From Octopus vulgaris (lineage: Eukaryota): 64,000 nucleotides of DNA. Both the position numbers and the translations under genes were made by a program. Each line of letters opens with the position of its first letter. The stretch's first letter is position 1. Of the stretch, positions 23,242 through 36,839 are shown in pieces. Location of the stretch: contig OX597818.1 of NCBI GenBank assembly GCA_951406725.2, forward strand, positions 17,856,001 to 17,920,000, written 5' to 3'. A model generated the notes under the pieces. It saw only the letters and a list, made by a program, of their open reading frames with translations, was not told the DNA's origin and searched no databases.

Positions 23242-23820
23242 CTTGGAAAGACATCTAGAAGTATTGCGGAGAGAATAAATGACCACTTGAGACAATATGA
23301 TGACAAAAAAAACCAGTCCTACATACTCTACCAACATGCCAAAGACCAACATAGAGACACACTGGGCCGACTTGACATATACATTTTATCCAAGCACCCA
23401 AGCAAAATGGTATGATTACAACCGCATTCAACTCATCCCTTTTTCTTCTCTATGCTCTTCTTTATTTATTCTTCATTCTGATGAAGCTCTATGTGTCGGT
23501 TTTTTTTTTGCCAAATATGATAAATATTTTTACCATATCAATGGCAATACCATACAACACTGGAAGCAGAAACAGCTGTTAGATTCAGTGAGGTCTATTT
23601 GCAGTGAATTAATAAATAATATCTGATGTAAGTCAATTGTTGTTCATCGATATTTCTCCGTTTTCTGTCTTCTTTCAATTTTGATTCTTGATAAACTCAT
23701 GTTTATCCTTGTCTTTAACTATAATTTATGAGCATGATATGCTTGCATATGTATGCCCATGGTTAAACATACGTAATATACCGGTAGTGTAATGGATACT
23801 TCTATCCTTTAGACGGTTAT
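23242..23820 (+). mobile_element. Penelope-like element 3' remnant (GIY-YIG fragment plus terminal repeat)
   Basis: LGKTSRSIAERINDHLRQYDDKKNQSYILYQHAKDQH fits the GIY-YIG motif YIGxTxRxLxxRxxEH; followed by CTGATGA...GAAACAGCTGTT. Confidence 0.7.
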
Positions 23821-24305
23821 TTTAACCTCTAACTCAGCTAACCTATATATATGTTCTGTCCTTACCTTCGAAACACACTTTGAGTCGAACCAGGGACAGC
23901 TGATGAAGAGGAATTTTCCTTGTATTGTTTGTCCTGTACTCTGTTTTTTCGTTGTTTAAAAAAAGTCCGTTTCCTTGTTTGGTTTTATGTTCTCGTCTCT
24001 CATTGTGTTCTACGTTTATTTGTGGTGTCCTGTACTCATATATCTCTCCCCTTCTCCAAACACACAGAGACACACACACACACGCACACAAAAACACACA
24101 CGGACACACAGAGACACACACACACACACCTCCACAAAACGATCATACAAAGTATGACCACAAATGACATTTGTCCATCCTCAAAATCATAAAAGATGTA
24201 ATTTCTGGCCAGCCTACCCACCAACACACACTCAGTGACACCAGAATGGACAGAGAGCTAAAATTTTTAGAAAACCCTAGGGGGTCCAGCAGGCCAAAGG
24301 AAATC

Positions 24306-24372
24306 CTTCTTCTTCTTCTTCTTCTTCTTCTTCTTCTTCTTCTTCTTCTTCTTCTTCTTCTTCTTCTTCTTC
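24306..24372. repeat. (CTT)n microsatellite
   Basis: Directly visible pure trinucleotide run. Confidence 0.95.
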
Positions 24373-24722
24373 CCTCTCCCTTCCCTTCCCCCTTTTCTCT
24401 TTAGCCTCAGATACAAACGCACACACACACATACACACACACACACATACACATACACACATGTTCTCTCTCTCACTTCCACCTCATCCACCTCACTCTC
24501 TTATACTGTCTTGTTCCTCCCCACTACTACGAAACTCTATAAAATGACCAAATTCCCCACAAAGGAATTAATTTGATTTGAAAACCCCACTGGAATGGGA
24601 GAAAGCGCTAATAATCTGAATGATATGATCTGAATGATATGATATATATATATGTAAAAAATGTAATATATAAATAAATATCTATAAATATGAACCATCC
24701 GATCTTCTGATTACCTCATTTC

Positions 24723-24792
<70 letters not shown>

Positions 24793-25469
24793 CATGTATA
24801 TATACATGTAGATGTAAGTATGTACATATATGTATGTATATATGCATATATTTTATTTATTTATTATATTACTATATGACCGAACGCACGCGTTATTTCA
24901 ATATTTCTCTTCTCCAAGTTTATATATATATATATATTTATATTTATGTGTGTGCTTTGTGTGTATTTTTGTGCCTGTATTTGTCTTCACCACTACCAGC
25001 CTTTGACAACCGGTATTGGTCTGTTTACGACCCCGTAATTTAGCCGGGCAAAATGCTTAGCGGCAGTTCGTCCATCTTTACCTTCTGCGTTCAAATTCCA
25101 TCCAAGTCAACTCTGCCTTTCCTCCTTTCAGGGTCGATAGAATAAGTACCAGTTGAATATTGGGGTCGACTAGTCCCCTCCTATCCAAATTTCTGGCCTT
25201 GTGCTAAAATTTGAAACCAGTAATGTGACGGGTTATTCTTGGAATTATGATAAGTCTAAGAGGAAAGAGACTAGCGGGATTCACACAATGCAGTAAGATA
25301 TTTCTTATCCAGCTTCCAGAAATCCGGGAATACTGTGCAATACCGAGCAATACTCTATACCTTGTATTGAGTGCACAAACCCTGCTTATTAAAGTTGGTT
25401 AATTTACATACAGTGAGTTAAAAATTGCTTTGTTCTCCACGTATTTATATGGATTGATGAAGATTAAGC

Positions 25470-25800
25470 ACACTCTGCTTTAGAACTGTATTAATCTGAG
25501 CCTGTATCTGTTAAAAAAAACATCATTTTCTTTACTTTTTTCCATTTAATTTTCATCTAATAAATAATTATACTCTATGATATATTTTAAGAATTTTAAG
25601 TAGATTAAGAAATATCATCAGACAGATTCTGCTGCAGAAGTGTATTAATTTGTACCTGTATCTGTTAAATAAAAATGTTCTTTACTTCTCTTCATTTCAT
25701 TTTCGTCTTATAAAGATACAGTATGATATATTTTAAGAATTTTAAGTGGATTAAGAAATATCAGACAGAACCTGCTTTGGAGATATATTAATTTGAATCT
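25470..25800. repeat. Degenerate tandem repeat, ~150-bp unit, about 2.3 copies
   Basis: TATGATATATTTTAAGAATTTTAAGT.GATTAAGAAATATCA and CCTGTATCTGTTAAA each occur twice at ~150-bp spacing. Confidence 0.75.
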
Positions 25801-26624
25801 ATAAAATTTATTTATCTATTTTTTTGAAAATTTAGATAATTTAATAATTACACATACAGCACGTATTCTTTTATTTGTTTTTTTACTGGTTTCAGTCATT
25901 TGATTGCGGCCATGCTGGAGCACCATCGAAGAAATCGACCCGAGACTTATTCTTTGCAAGCCTAGTATTTATTCTATCGGACTGTTTTGCTTTTAGGATA
26001 ATCTTTTTTGATATTAAATTTGCTTTGTATTCAAACGTAATTTTATTTTTTACCACCGAGTGAATAGAATCTTTTTAAAAATTTGCTTTAGGTTCCGTCT
26101 TCGTATGTCATTGTTTACAAGAACTATGCTGAACCAGATCTCATAACCTTTCTCTCTTACTTGCTTCATTTCAGTATCTATCTGCCTATTCCTCTCTTAC
26201 CTTCTTACGGTTCCAGAAAGGTTCTAACCGTTCGATCAACCTTATTTCTCAGGGAACAGATGATGTTAGAGGCCCTTGAGGACACTTCTTACAACACAAA
26301 GTTGAACCAACTCAGTGGGAGAGGGAGGGTAGAAGGAGAAAGAAAGCTGATCCTCGGGACTTGACTGTTACCTCATATATCGATTCTGAAAGGTAAAACA
26401 TTTTACTTCGGCGGGATTTCAATTCAGAGCGCAGAGAACCAGAGTAAAAACTATAAGGTATTCTAAACAACACTCTAATGATTCTATCAATGAACTGTCC
26501 CATAATCTCTCTCTCTCTCTCTCTAAACCAACACTGCCACCGTGTTATCCTAGCAAGAGCTGGACTAGACTTGTGAAAAGGTCACTTGAACCAAGTACAG
26601 GCTCAACGACAATCTATCACATAT

Positions 26625-27025
26625 TGGTTTCAATCTTTTTTTGGCACAAGGCCAGCAATTTCAAGGAAGGAGCAAGTCAATTATATTGACCCCACTGCTC
26701 AACTGCAGCTTATTTTATCGACTTCGAAAGAATGAAAAGGAAACTCGACCTCGACGGAATATGAACTCAGGACATAAAGACGGACGAAATACCTATTTCT
26801 TTATTACCCACAAGGGGCTAAACACAGAGGGGACAAACAAGGACAGACATAGGTATTAAGTCGATTACATCGACCCCAGTGCGTAACTGGTACTTAATTT
26901 ATCGACCCCGAAAGGATGAAAGGCAAAGTCGACCTCGGCGGAATTTGAACTCACAACGTAACGCAGACGAAATACCGCTACGCATTTTATTCAGTGCGGT
27001 AACGATTCTACCAGCACGCCGCCTT
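26625..27025 (-). mobile_element. SINE family B, a young copy joined to an older copy at GGTATTTCGTC
   Basis: Reverse strand reads head...GGGTAATAAAGAAATAGGTATT and then continues with the internal family B sequence TCGTCCGTCTTTATGTCCTGAGTTCATATTCC. Confidence 0.8.
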
Positions 27026-27184
27026 ATATCATCTATCACATATTAATAGCAGTGATAGAAGATGAACATTAAGATAATCGAGATGGTGAAGAAGAGCGCT
27101 GTTAGACAGCCGAGAGCGACATTGAGAAGGCGGTTATTCTGAATTAGAACCCGCCAAGTCAAGCTAACATAGACATTATGATCT

Positions 27185-27575
27185 GCAAGCGTGGTTGCGT
27201 GGTTAAGAATCTTGCTTCTCAATCACGTAGCTTTAGATTCAGTCCCATTGCAAGACACCTTGAGCAAGTATCTTTTCCTATAGCTCCAGACCGACCAGTG
27301 CCTTGTGAATGAATCTGGTACATACACACATACTTACACACACACAAAGCTATGTATGCGTGTGCGTCATTGTGTTTTGTGTTTTCCCCTGCCACTTGAC
27401 AACTGTGGTTGGTTTGTTTACGTTACTGTAATCTTGCAGTTCAGCAAAAGAGACCGATAGAATAGGCACCAGACTTTAAAATACGTACTGACGTTGATTT
27501 GTGATCGACTAGACCCTTCACAACGGCTCCTCAGGTTACTCACAGTCCACTGACTGAAACAAGCAGAAGACAAAA
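27185..27575 (+). mobile_element. SINE family A (diverged)
   Basis: Head, CCTTGAGCAAGT, CAAAAGAGACCGATAGAATA and TGACTGAAACAAG landmarks. Confidence 0.8.
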
Positions 27576-28269
27576 GGTAACCATTTCAATACCTGTGATC
27601 TGAGTATTTGCTTCTTTTTCGGTGACTTATAAATGCCCAAATAAAGAATCTTTTTATTGTGGATACCTTAGATTTTATCCATGTACAGGTGTTGTTTATT
27701 AACAGACATGTTCTATTATGACTCATTATAAGGAAAACGCCATGCTCATTATTGGCTCCCGAAACGTACTGCAGTACTTTCCGAGGTATGATGCTGGTAT
27801 AGGCATGCATCGTGAGTGTGTCAACTTCATTTGTTGTTTCATTGGTCGAGAGTCTGAAATGTTTCACATATCGCCACAACTGTTTGATGCAGTTCTCTAA
27901 TATAACCATGTTGAAAGCTTTGGTACTACGTATGCTGTTTGACAAATATCTATGCCCAGGAGAAAAAAAAAAAAACTTCCATCTGAAAAGATTTTTTCTT
28001 ATTTTCGCTTTCAATAGAATATCTTTTGTTCGTTTACTTTCACAGAGAACATTGACGTTTAATCAATTATCATCAGAGAAGCATTTTATATTCTTTGAGA
28101 ATCTTACGAGAGAATTTCCACGAATGGTAACTATGTTTCTATGATAAGTACGCGAAAACCAAGCTCTGATATCCTTCAGCAAATCGGCATCAATGCCAGA
28201 TGTTGCAAATGGGTTGTTCTTGCCTCGTACTATCTTACAAATGTATAGTACAGATATGTTTTACCTCGC

Positions 28270-28535
28270 TTTCTTGCTTCATGCTCTCGCTTGAAGGGGC
28301 TGGGGTCATCCCAGGTTAGTGATCCCAGAGATATCATAATGCATAGAGCCGACCAGATCCACCAGTGCTCCACATGACTGGCGGTCCCTGCCATCCCTTC
28401 TGCATCCTTCAAGATGACGTCGAGCCTCCGGAGATCTTCCTCAATCAAGTCCAACCACCTGGTGTGAGGCCTGCTACGAGGCCTCTTCCAGCCTGCAGCT
28501 GCTGCGTCGAATGAGAGAACCTCAAAAACTACCAA
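28270..28535 (-). mobile_element. 3' fragment of an RTE-type LINE inserted in the Helitron helicase region
   Basis: WKRPRSRPHTRWLDLIEEDLRRL matches the RTE C-terminal motif KRxxGRPxxRWxDxIxxDL. Confidence 0.7.
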
Positions 28536-28911
28536 AGAAGTTCTGTAACATTTAGATAAAATATTTCTACGATACTGTCATACATTGTATTTTAAAGTTT
28601 ACATGAACAGCATTTTTCAAATGAGCTTTATTGATGTCATCGTCAAAAATTAGTGCATATTCAGGTAATTGTAATTCGAGACAACGTAGACCGTGATTAA
28701 TGAGCGTTTGTTGAATATAATGTACTGTTGTGACCGTCATTTGTTCTGTCTACTTGCTATGAAACCTGGAATATTGATCTAAGTACTAAAATAGTAACAG
28801 AGGTTCAACCGGTCTACTTAGGGTGCATATAAGCGCAAATAATTCTCTCAGTTGAGAAGGCATTCTGATACCTACTGCTTTTGATATACATCCAACCATT
28901 CGTAATAATTA

Positions 28912-29275
28912 TTACCTCCGCCTTTGCTAAGGCGGAGGTATTGTTTTCAGTCGTGTTTGTTTGTCCGTGGATAAGATATCTCAAGAACCGCTGGATGGAT
29001 TCGAATGAAACTTTCAGGGATGTTTGGCCTCGTGACTGGCACGAACTGATTAGATTTTGGGATCGATCCGGTACCGGACAAGGATTCTGGATGATTTTCC
29101 TGTTTTTTGTTTTACTTAATTTTTGAGAGCAGTCGGGTTCATTTTTAGTATTCTCGTTTGTGAGAGGAGTCGATTTTGTTTCAGATATTCTCATTTTAAA
29201 AATCATCTCTGGCTAATTGTTGAGAGGACGTTGGTGTTGCCTTGACGGAGGTTTGCGCTCTCTGAGTGCTCTTAT
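28912..29275 (+). mobile_element. Helentron-associated non-autonomous element (HINE/DINE-1-like)
   Basis: 5' subTIR with inverted partner ACCTCCGCC-TTTGCTAA-GGCGGAGGT, short GTTT repeat, 3' subTIR GACGGAGGT and stem-loop GCGCTC-TCT-GAGTGC, T-rich junctions. Confidence 0.8.
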
Positions 29276-29793
29276 TATTATTTCTACTTTCATTCGCCAT
29301 TTTATAAGTATTGGAAACAACAAGGTTATTTTCCAAGTTTGAGGCTGCTTTCACTTGCAATAATAATATTAATAATTTCGAGTAAAATCTTTGATTCTTG
29401 AGGTATTTTATCTCCTCCACAGACTCTCAGTTTTCAAGATGTTCTTTTGTCCAAGACATAATATTAACAAATATCGAAATATGGTTACCGTCCGGCAGTT
29501 TCATCAGACTTCTTTAGTCTAAAGTTTGGCCCGAGAAGAGTGTTTCAGTTATGGACATCTCTAAATTCGAATCCTTCAGCACCTTCTTGAAAGTAAACTG
29601 GTTACTAATGTTCAAGATGTAATGGAAGGCGAATTACAGCACATGGTTTATTAGGCGTTTTGCTTTCCAGCAACACCCTAAGTTTCTTGTGGAGAGTTGA
29701 CATAAAACGATCATTTATGAACTACATAATCCATCATACTCGAAAACATGCTTTTGACTTTGCATCTATGGTCAACGATCAATCATGTGTGTG

Positions 29794-29876
<83 letters not shown>

Positions 29877-30226
29877 CGTGCGTACGCGCGCGCATGTATG
29901 TATGCATGTATATATATATATGTATATGTGTGTGCGTGAGAGAGAGAAAGAGAAATGGAGATAGTTGCATGAGTATGTGCTTGTCTGCCTTGTATTTAGA
30001 AGTTACAATGCAAACATACAAAACTACATATATATTACTATTCACCGTCTCACGGGAAAGTTTTGCGCGACATTATTTCACGAAATAGAAACGAAAGCCC
30101 TTTCATTCCACACTCTACAGACTACGAAGAAAACCAAAGATGAAATACAGCAGTAGTAACAACTTTTCTTTCTGTCCCTTTCTGGAAAAGTGGAAGACAA
30201 AGAGATATAGAATGAAAGCTATGCAT

Positions 30227-30271
<45 letters not shown>

Positions 30272-32627
30272 GATATAGGTAGTTAAAAAGAAGGTTAGCA
30301 ATGATGATAATGATGGCAGTTCACTTGTGTAACGACAAACTCTTCCTCTTTCAGCTCCTTTGATCCTTTTATTTTCATTTTTCTCCCCGCCTCTCTCTCT
30401 GGAATAGTAGAAGAGAGACAGAGAATGCACTAAAAAAGAATGACATAAATAGAGTGATAGGGATGATGGCGGTGCTACGTTTGTGTGGAATCAAACGCTT
30501 TGTTATTCTTCTTTCAGACTCTCCTTAATCCTCCTCCTTCTCTCCCTCGCCCCTCCCCCACACACAATAAAACATATATATCAAAGACATGAGATTTTAA
30601 TAATATTGTTTCTAATATAAGCACAAGGCTTGAAAATTGATGGAGTTTAATCAACCAAATCAACCCTAGTACTTAATTGTATTTTATCTTATTTATTATC
30701 CCCGAAAGAATGAAAGTTAAAATTGACCTCAGTGAGATAAACCAAGAAGCCTCTGTTGGCTGCATTTTTGAATACATTACCACCGCCCATTGTTAGAAAA
30801 TTATAGTATCTTCTATCCACCGAACGATTTCTGATCAATTCTATGCTTTTTGTTGGAGCTCGTCTATTTACCGGTTATATGTGTTCTATCTCATCTTCTG
30901 CTAGTAGCATTATTTTCCTTAATAATTCTATTTAAAGTTGCTATACCTCCAAGGCTATATCTTATTTCAGCTTGGTGATTAAATCTAATTTTATTAGCCA
31001 GTGTTGAATCGACAACATACAGTTGAGAAATTATCTTTCATCTCTCTCACTAGTCAGAACATATTCAATATGCAAAGATAACTTCCTCAAGACATACTGA
31101 TACAAAAAGGAACGTTGCACATGCAGTTCGGTTATTCGGGCCCCATTGACGCAAATGAATATGATGAGTTGTATGGTCTAATATTACTCTTAAAATTAGA
31201 AATACCACTATGACCTAGATGGATCATAATATTTAAGCATTTCAAATATCATCATTAAAAAGCTGGACTTCATAGCAGCAGCTATTAAATAAGCTATCGT
31301 TGGATTTCTCGGAAACAAAGTATTCTGCTCCACAAAAATAAGATATTGCGTTAAATTTTCAGCAGTAATGGTACTTAATATTAAAAAAAAATGATTAATT
31401 GTTTATGTCTTGTATCCTATAATATCGTTCTCAACATTTCAATATCTCATGATATTTCTATCATCTTTTTCTTTATTTTATATTTTCTCCGTGGCACACA
31501 TTCATTTATTATATCTCAATGCGCTTTTTCTTGAGTTCCATCTTTTTAATCTTATTACAGCTATCCGTCTTAAATCAATTATTCTTCTTTCTCTTTGTTC
31601 TTCAGTTTCCTTTTACTAATTTTATAACAACTCTTTGCCTTCAGTCCTCCATTCATTTCTTTGCTCTTGACTCTCATTAACAACTCTTACTGCCATTTTT
31701 TGCCTCACTTCTGTTCTTCGATATCTTTGTTCTTCAGTTTTAATTTACACTCTTTGCTGCTCTATATTTTGTACGTGCTCTAATTATCTCTTGTTCCTAA
31801 TTAACAGCTGTCTCTGATCTTCTTATGCGTTTCTTTCTATTTCGCTGTATTTATATCTGATCTTCATCAAGTGTCTCTTGAGATCGTCTGAAATGATGAC
31901 TTTGAACATCATGAGATCATCTTGCTGCTGTTTCACCTGTAGTCTGACTAACACTAACGTATCAATTATTCTATATTTGCTGCACGTCGTTCATTCACTT
32001 CTCCAAGATCTTCACACCTTCTTCATTCCATGGGTGAAAATAATGTCAATATATTTGATATATTCTTTTTGTGTATTAACTTTCCTCTCTTTCTTTGCAT
32101 CTTTACTATGCTTTTCATTACATAATCTGCTGTTTTTCTTTATCAAGGAAAATGCCGTCAAAATTGGCGACAAACTTCTTTTATTTTAAATTTTGCATTT
32201 GCGTCATATTTTCAGATATCTGAAAGATATTTATTTTTTGTTCGATATTTAACTTTTGATGTTCCTTGTTGTATTCTGGACACTAACACAAAGACGGAGA
32301 TACTTTTGTCTTCAAGGTCTCAACCTGTAAATGAAATGAATTTGTTAAGATCGATTAATTTGCTTTTACACAAACATACATGATTGTTGCAACTCGATAT
32401 TGAGTTGTTCTCTTAAAGTAGCACTGATGTGGTTTTTTCAGTCCTGTTAGGAATCGACACTCTTTCGCACACATGAGACAACGATGGGCGCCTCTTGCAG
32501 TAGGTGTTCAGAGAGTAGCCACCCACGCCGACATGCCTTCATTTCAGCATGGAATGTTTCATTGAGTTTTTGCTTTCTACGGTTATGGCCAGCCATAATA
32601 TGCAACACAAAATAGAGATGTCATAAA

Positions 32628-32691
32628 TCATACATACACACATTCATACACACATACATACATACATACATACATACATACATACATACAT

Positions 32692-32724
<33 letters not shown>

Positions 32725-32761
32725 TACATACACACATACATATATACACATATACATACAC

Positions 32762-32792
<31 letters not shown>

Positions 32793-33199
32793 AATACATA
32801 CATACATGCATACATACATACACACATACATACATACATACATGCATACATACATACATACATACATACATACATACATGCATGCATGCATGCATGCATG
32901 CATACATACATACATACATACATACATACACACACACATACATACATACATACATACATACACACACACACATAAATACATACATACATGCATACATACA
33001 TACACACATACATACATGCATACATACATACATACATACATACGTACGTACGTACGTACATACATACATACATACATACATACACACATACATACATACA
33101 TGCATGCATACATATATACATACATACATATATACATACATACATACATACATACATACATACATACATACGTACGTACGTACATACATACATACATAC

Positions 33200-33230
<31 letters not shown>

Positions 33231-33302
33231 CATGCATGCATATATACATACGTATGTACATATGCACGTACGTTCATACATATATATATATATACATATA
33301 TA
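32628..33302. repeat. ~670-bp compound (TACA)n microsatellite
   Basis: Directly visible; source of the MYVC/HTYI ORFs. Confidence 0.95.
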
Positions 33303-34881
33303 TAAGGAGAGAGAGATGGGGGGGAGAGAGTTACATACTTAGATATATCCATACATATGCACAACTTTAGCCCAGAATCATTTCATGAAAAGCAAAGAGA
33401 CTGACATCATTGTTACGTTCATATAGCGGTTAGTACTTGTAACGTCATTCCATCTTTTGCTATTCACCATCTCCCGTTTAGCCTTTATAAACATACATAC
33501 AAACTTACATACAAATAAACATATACACATATAGTGGATCTTGCATGCATGAAGTGGATTCGATCCACCATAGCCAAATTTAAATTAACACTGTAACAGA
33601 ACTTTTCCCACGGTGGAATAAAATTTTTTCTGTGGCAGCGGTTTTGACATTCGCCAGATTGCCTTTAGCTAGGTCAAAATAATGTCTTCACTACTTGACT
33701 CTTTCTAATCTCTTCTACTCCACCAAAAGCTAGAATAGAGATAACAAGACCACCAACTAAATCTAGTGTTCTCAATGATATGTCTATCCTTCTGGATAGT
33801 TATAAAAGCATAAACCCCAAGCAAAAAGTTAGTCACTTCGGTGACGACTCAACGAAGTAGTCACTTGGCGACAACTGAGCGAGGCGGCTCGTGACAACTC
33901 AATTAGTTAGGGAACTGACTGCTAGAATCATGATCACAAGGAATGCAGCTACTAAAGACAATGGTCAGCGAAAGAAATGAAATTTACTGGCAGCAACTGC
34001 GAGACAATGTCCCACATCCCTACAACTCTCACTAGCTCTAATTCTGTTCTCTTAGAACATCATCTATCGCTATCTGTGGATTACTACTAACGATTCGTGT
34101 ACGCCAAACTAAACAAAAAAAAAAAAAAATTCTACCACATCTAACTTTCTTTCGCATGCTCTCGGATTTTATGACCTGCCCGACGAGGCAAGGTATTTTC
34201 AACGTAACGGTAAACAAATACTTTCTTAAAACTTCATGCATTGTTCATCTTTCACATCCTACAACATGCTGTTATAACAACAAATTTTTATCGTTACAAC
34301 TGTTGACTCCGACATTTCATATTATTGTGTTCCTAATCAATCCTTAACGCTACAAACACATACGAAACACACGACTTTAGTATATATATTATCTGATGAA
34401 TAGAAACTTAATTACACTATGTAACATGATTTTTGTCCTTAGGTAGCTACTGTTATTTCCTGTTTGATTACCCCTGGAAAGTATGAAAAATGGCTAATAT
34501 TTCCTTCAAACTTTAACTTTTGTCACATTTCTGTAAAACCCTAAAGAATCCCTCTCAAAACATGGCTATGATACTCCCCACTACTCTTGCTCATGATCAG
34601 AAGTGCACATTATTGTCAGTCATTAGGGGACATGCTGAAGTGGTTAAGGTCAAGTAACTGACAAACAGCAGAATATTTGTGGTAACGATATTTCTGCTTC
34701 AGCAACTCAGCGCAGAATCTGTCTGAAATGTAATGGTAAATAGGTCAGTTTCAAAACATTGATATCCAAGTCACAAAAAAAAAAGAAGAAAAGAACTTTG
34801 TTACACAGTATTATATCTAGATAATGAAACAGAGAGAATAGATCATGCCGTTGCTTTATGCACACAAAATATTCATGCACG

Positions 34882-34938
<57 letters not shown>

Positions 34939-35057
34939 ACAATAAACATACATTTCAAAAAATGTTTTAAAATAGGGAGACTGAGATAACTATAGAATTA
35001 GTGGCACCACATTTTGTTACGTAATTCTAACATTTCTTCTCCTACTCATTATGTTTC

Positions 35058-35484
35058 GGGATCTTTTCGGTTTGAACGGCAGTTTTTAACATAATTTCTA
35101 GGTAACTAAAAAATTTTAAACTTCGTATACTGGTAGAATGTGTTTATAAAACATCATTTTCTCTTGGCTTTATAGAGAAAATTCTATAGTTTGTAAGATA
35201 TTTGTTGTTTTTTTTTTCTTCAATTTCTGCGATATCAACCAATCACTGACGCCCATTGAGGTAAAAAAAAAATTGTGCCGTATGAATATGTCCCTCGTTT
35301 AAGAAACAGATTGGGTTTATTTACATTTGTGAAGAAAAAAAGATACCCTTCCCCCCACCCATAACCCTAACCCTAACCCTAAAACAGATTGAAATGCAAT
35401 AGATCGATACTAGGGTCATATTTATGGGTGACAATTTTATATGACACCGCTAGAAAAAACTGCCGTTCAAACCGAAAAGATCCC
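35058..35484. mobile_element. Non-autonomous DNA transposon with 30-bp perfect TIRs and internal (CCCTAA)n
   Basis: GGGATCTTTTCGGTTTGAACGGCAGTTTTT...AAAAACTGCCGTTCAAACCGAAAAGATCCC; flanks TGTTTC/TATTTC suggest a 6-bp TSD. Confidence 0.88.
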
Positions 35485-36662
35485 TATTTCGTTCTCCCTC
35501 TCAACTTTTCAGTCTCTAATCTCTCACTTTATCCCTCGCTTCACCTGTCATTCTTATACTGTTTCATTTATTTTCTCTCTCACCTCACATTCTATCTCTC
35601 ACTTTTATTAGAGAAAACGTAGGGAGATAAATCGGCAGAATTGTTAGAGCATCGGACAAAATGCCTTGTAGCATTTATTCCGGCTGTTTGTACTCTTGGT
35701 TCAAATCCCACCGTGGTGAACTCCTTACAGGTCGATGAAATAAAGTACGTACCAATTTAGTATTGAGTCGATATGTGATTGCCCCATTTCCCCGAATTTC
35801 TGGCTTTGTACCAGTGTTAGAAATTAATGAGAGCGAAATAAAAATAAAATCACCAACTAATTTTACGTCATAGTGGAAAATATACGTAACAACAATAATG
35901 GCGAAGAAAAATTGTTATCATAGTCATTTCATATACACAGGAAACTTTGCATCGTCTTCAATAAACCGATAGACAGAACTTTAAACAGATTTTTTTTTTT
36001 ATTTTACTAGGTTTTTCTCTTTGGAAATTTTCTCATGTGGCGTTCAAACAGTTCAACCTATTAAGTATACTACACAACATGTATATAGCACACAGACTAA
36101 TATTTAAAAAGAAATACACGATATACAATCTCAAATCTGTGTATATTGAATAAATTGATTTTGTAAAATCATAATATAATTTTCTGTTAGTTACAACTTT
36201 TGATGTTTCACCTAAATATCTGATATAATGATATTGTGTTGTTATGAATGTGGTAACACATGGCGAAATCTTCAAAAATTCAACAATAGACTTTGAATGT
36301 TAAAAGATTTTTCCATCCAGCTGTCTGTAACAGTCAGTTAATAATTGATTGTCAGGAAAACTTTAGCAAGATCAGACAGACCTTTTGACAGATCAAGGAA
36401 GTTGTAGTGGTAGTATATGCAATCTTTATAATGAAGCTGCTGCATCAATTTATCAATTCTGTCAAGCCATAAACTGAGGACAAGAAATGGAAGTAAATAT
36501 TTACTCGTATAATAGACGATAAAGCAACGGTCATTGTATGGTATCTTGTCGTTAGTGGCGACCGTAAAAATCATTAGAATATGTTTAGTGTGTGTGTGTG
36601 TGTGAGAGAGAGTTTGTGTGTGTGGGCGTACGCGTGTGCATGTATATACATATATATATATA

Positions 36663-36708
<46 letters not shown>

Positions 36709-36802
36709 TATATATATATATATGCATATATATATATATATATATATACATACTTACATACATACATATAATACATGCACATCTAAAGACATAAATGTAT
36801 GA

Positions 36803-36839
<37 letters not shown>

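Larger units (their letters stand above)
27590..32330 (-). mobile_element. Fragmented autonomous Helitron (RepHel pseudogene)
   Basis: Colinear minus-strand motifs: ETEEQRERR repeats (~31550-31750); FCGAEYFVSEK..FNSCC (~31270-31345); NIRPYNSSYSFASMG (~31140-31190); SQLYVVDS (~31005-31030); AVIRLPLHLE..PVYFQEG (~29580-29640); MPSQLRELFALIC (~28825-28865); Walker A GKTYLY and ATSGIDADLL (~28175-28265); LWRYVKHFRLSTN (~27840-27880). Confidence 0.85.

Noticed and set aside
25470-25800. CRISPR-like repeat-spacer array
   Set aside because: The intervening sequence is also homologous, so it is a plain tandem repeat; eukaryotic context with no cas genes.
27586-28014. 142-aa ORF as a host exon
   Set aside because: LWRYVKHFRLSTN and the upstream Walker A place it in the decayed Helitron helicase.
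32621-33370. Long ORFs of 190-217 aa (MYVC/HTYI repeats)
   Set aside because: Translations of a stop-free (TACA)n microsatellite; the same applies to the ORFs at 36338-37102, 39912-40307, 56487-56914 and 62523-63945.
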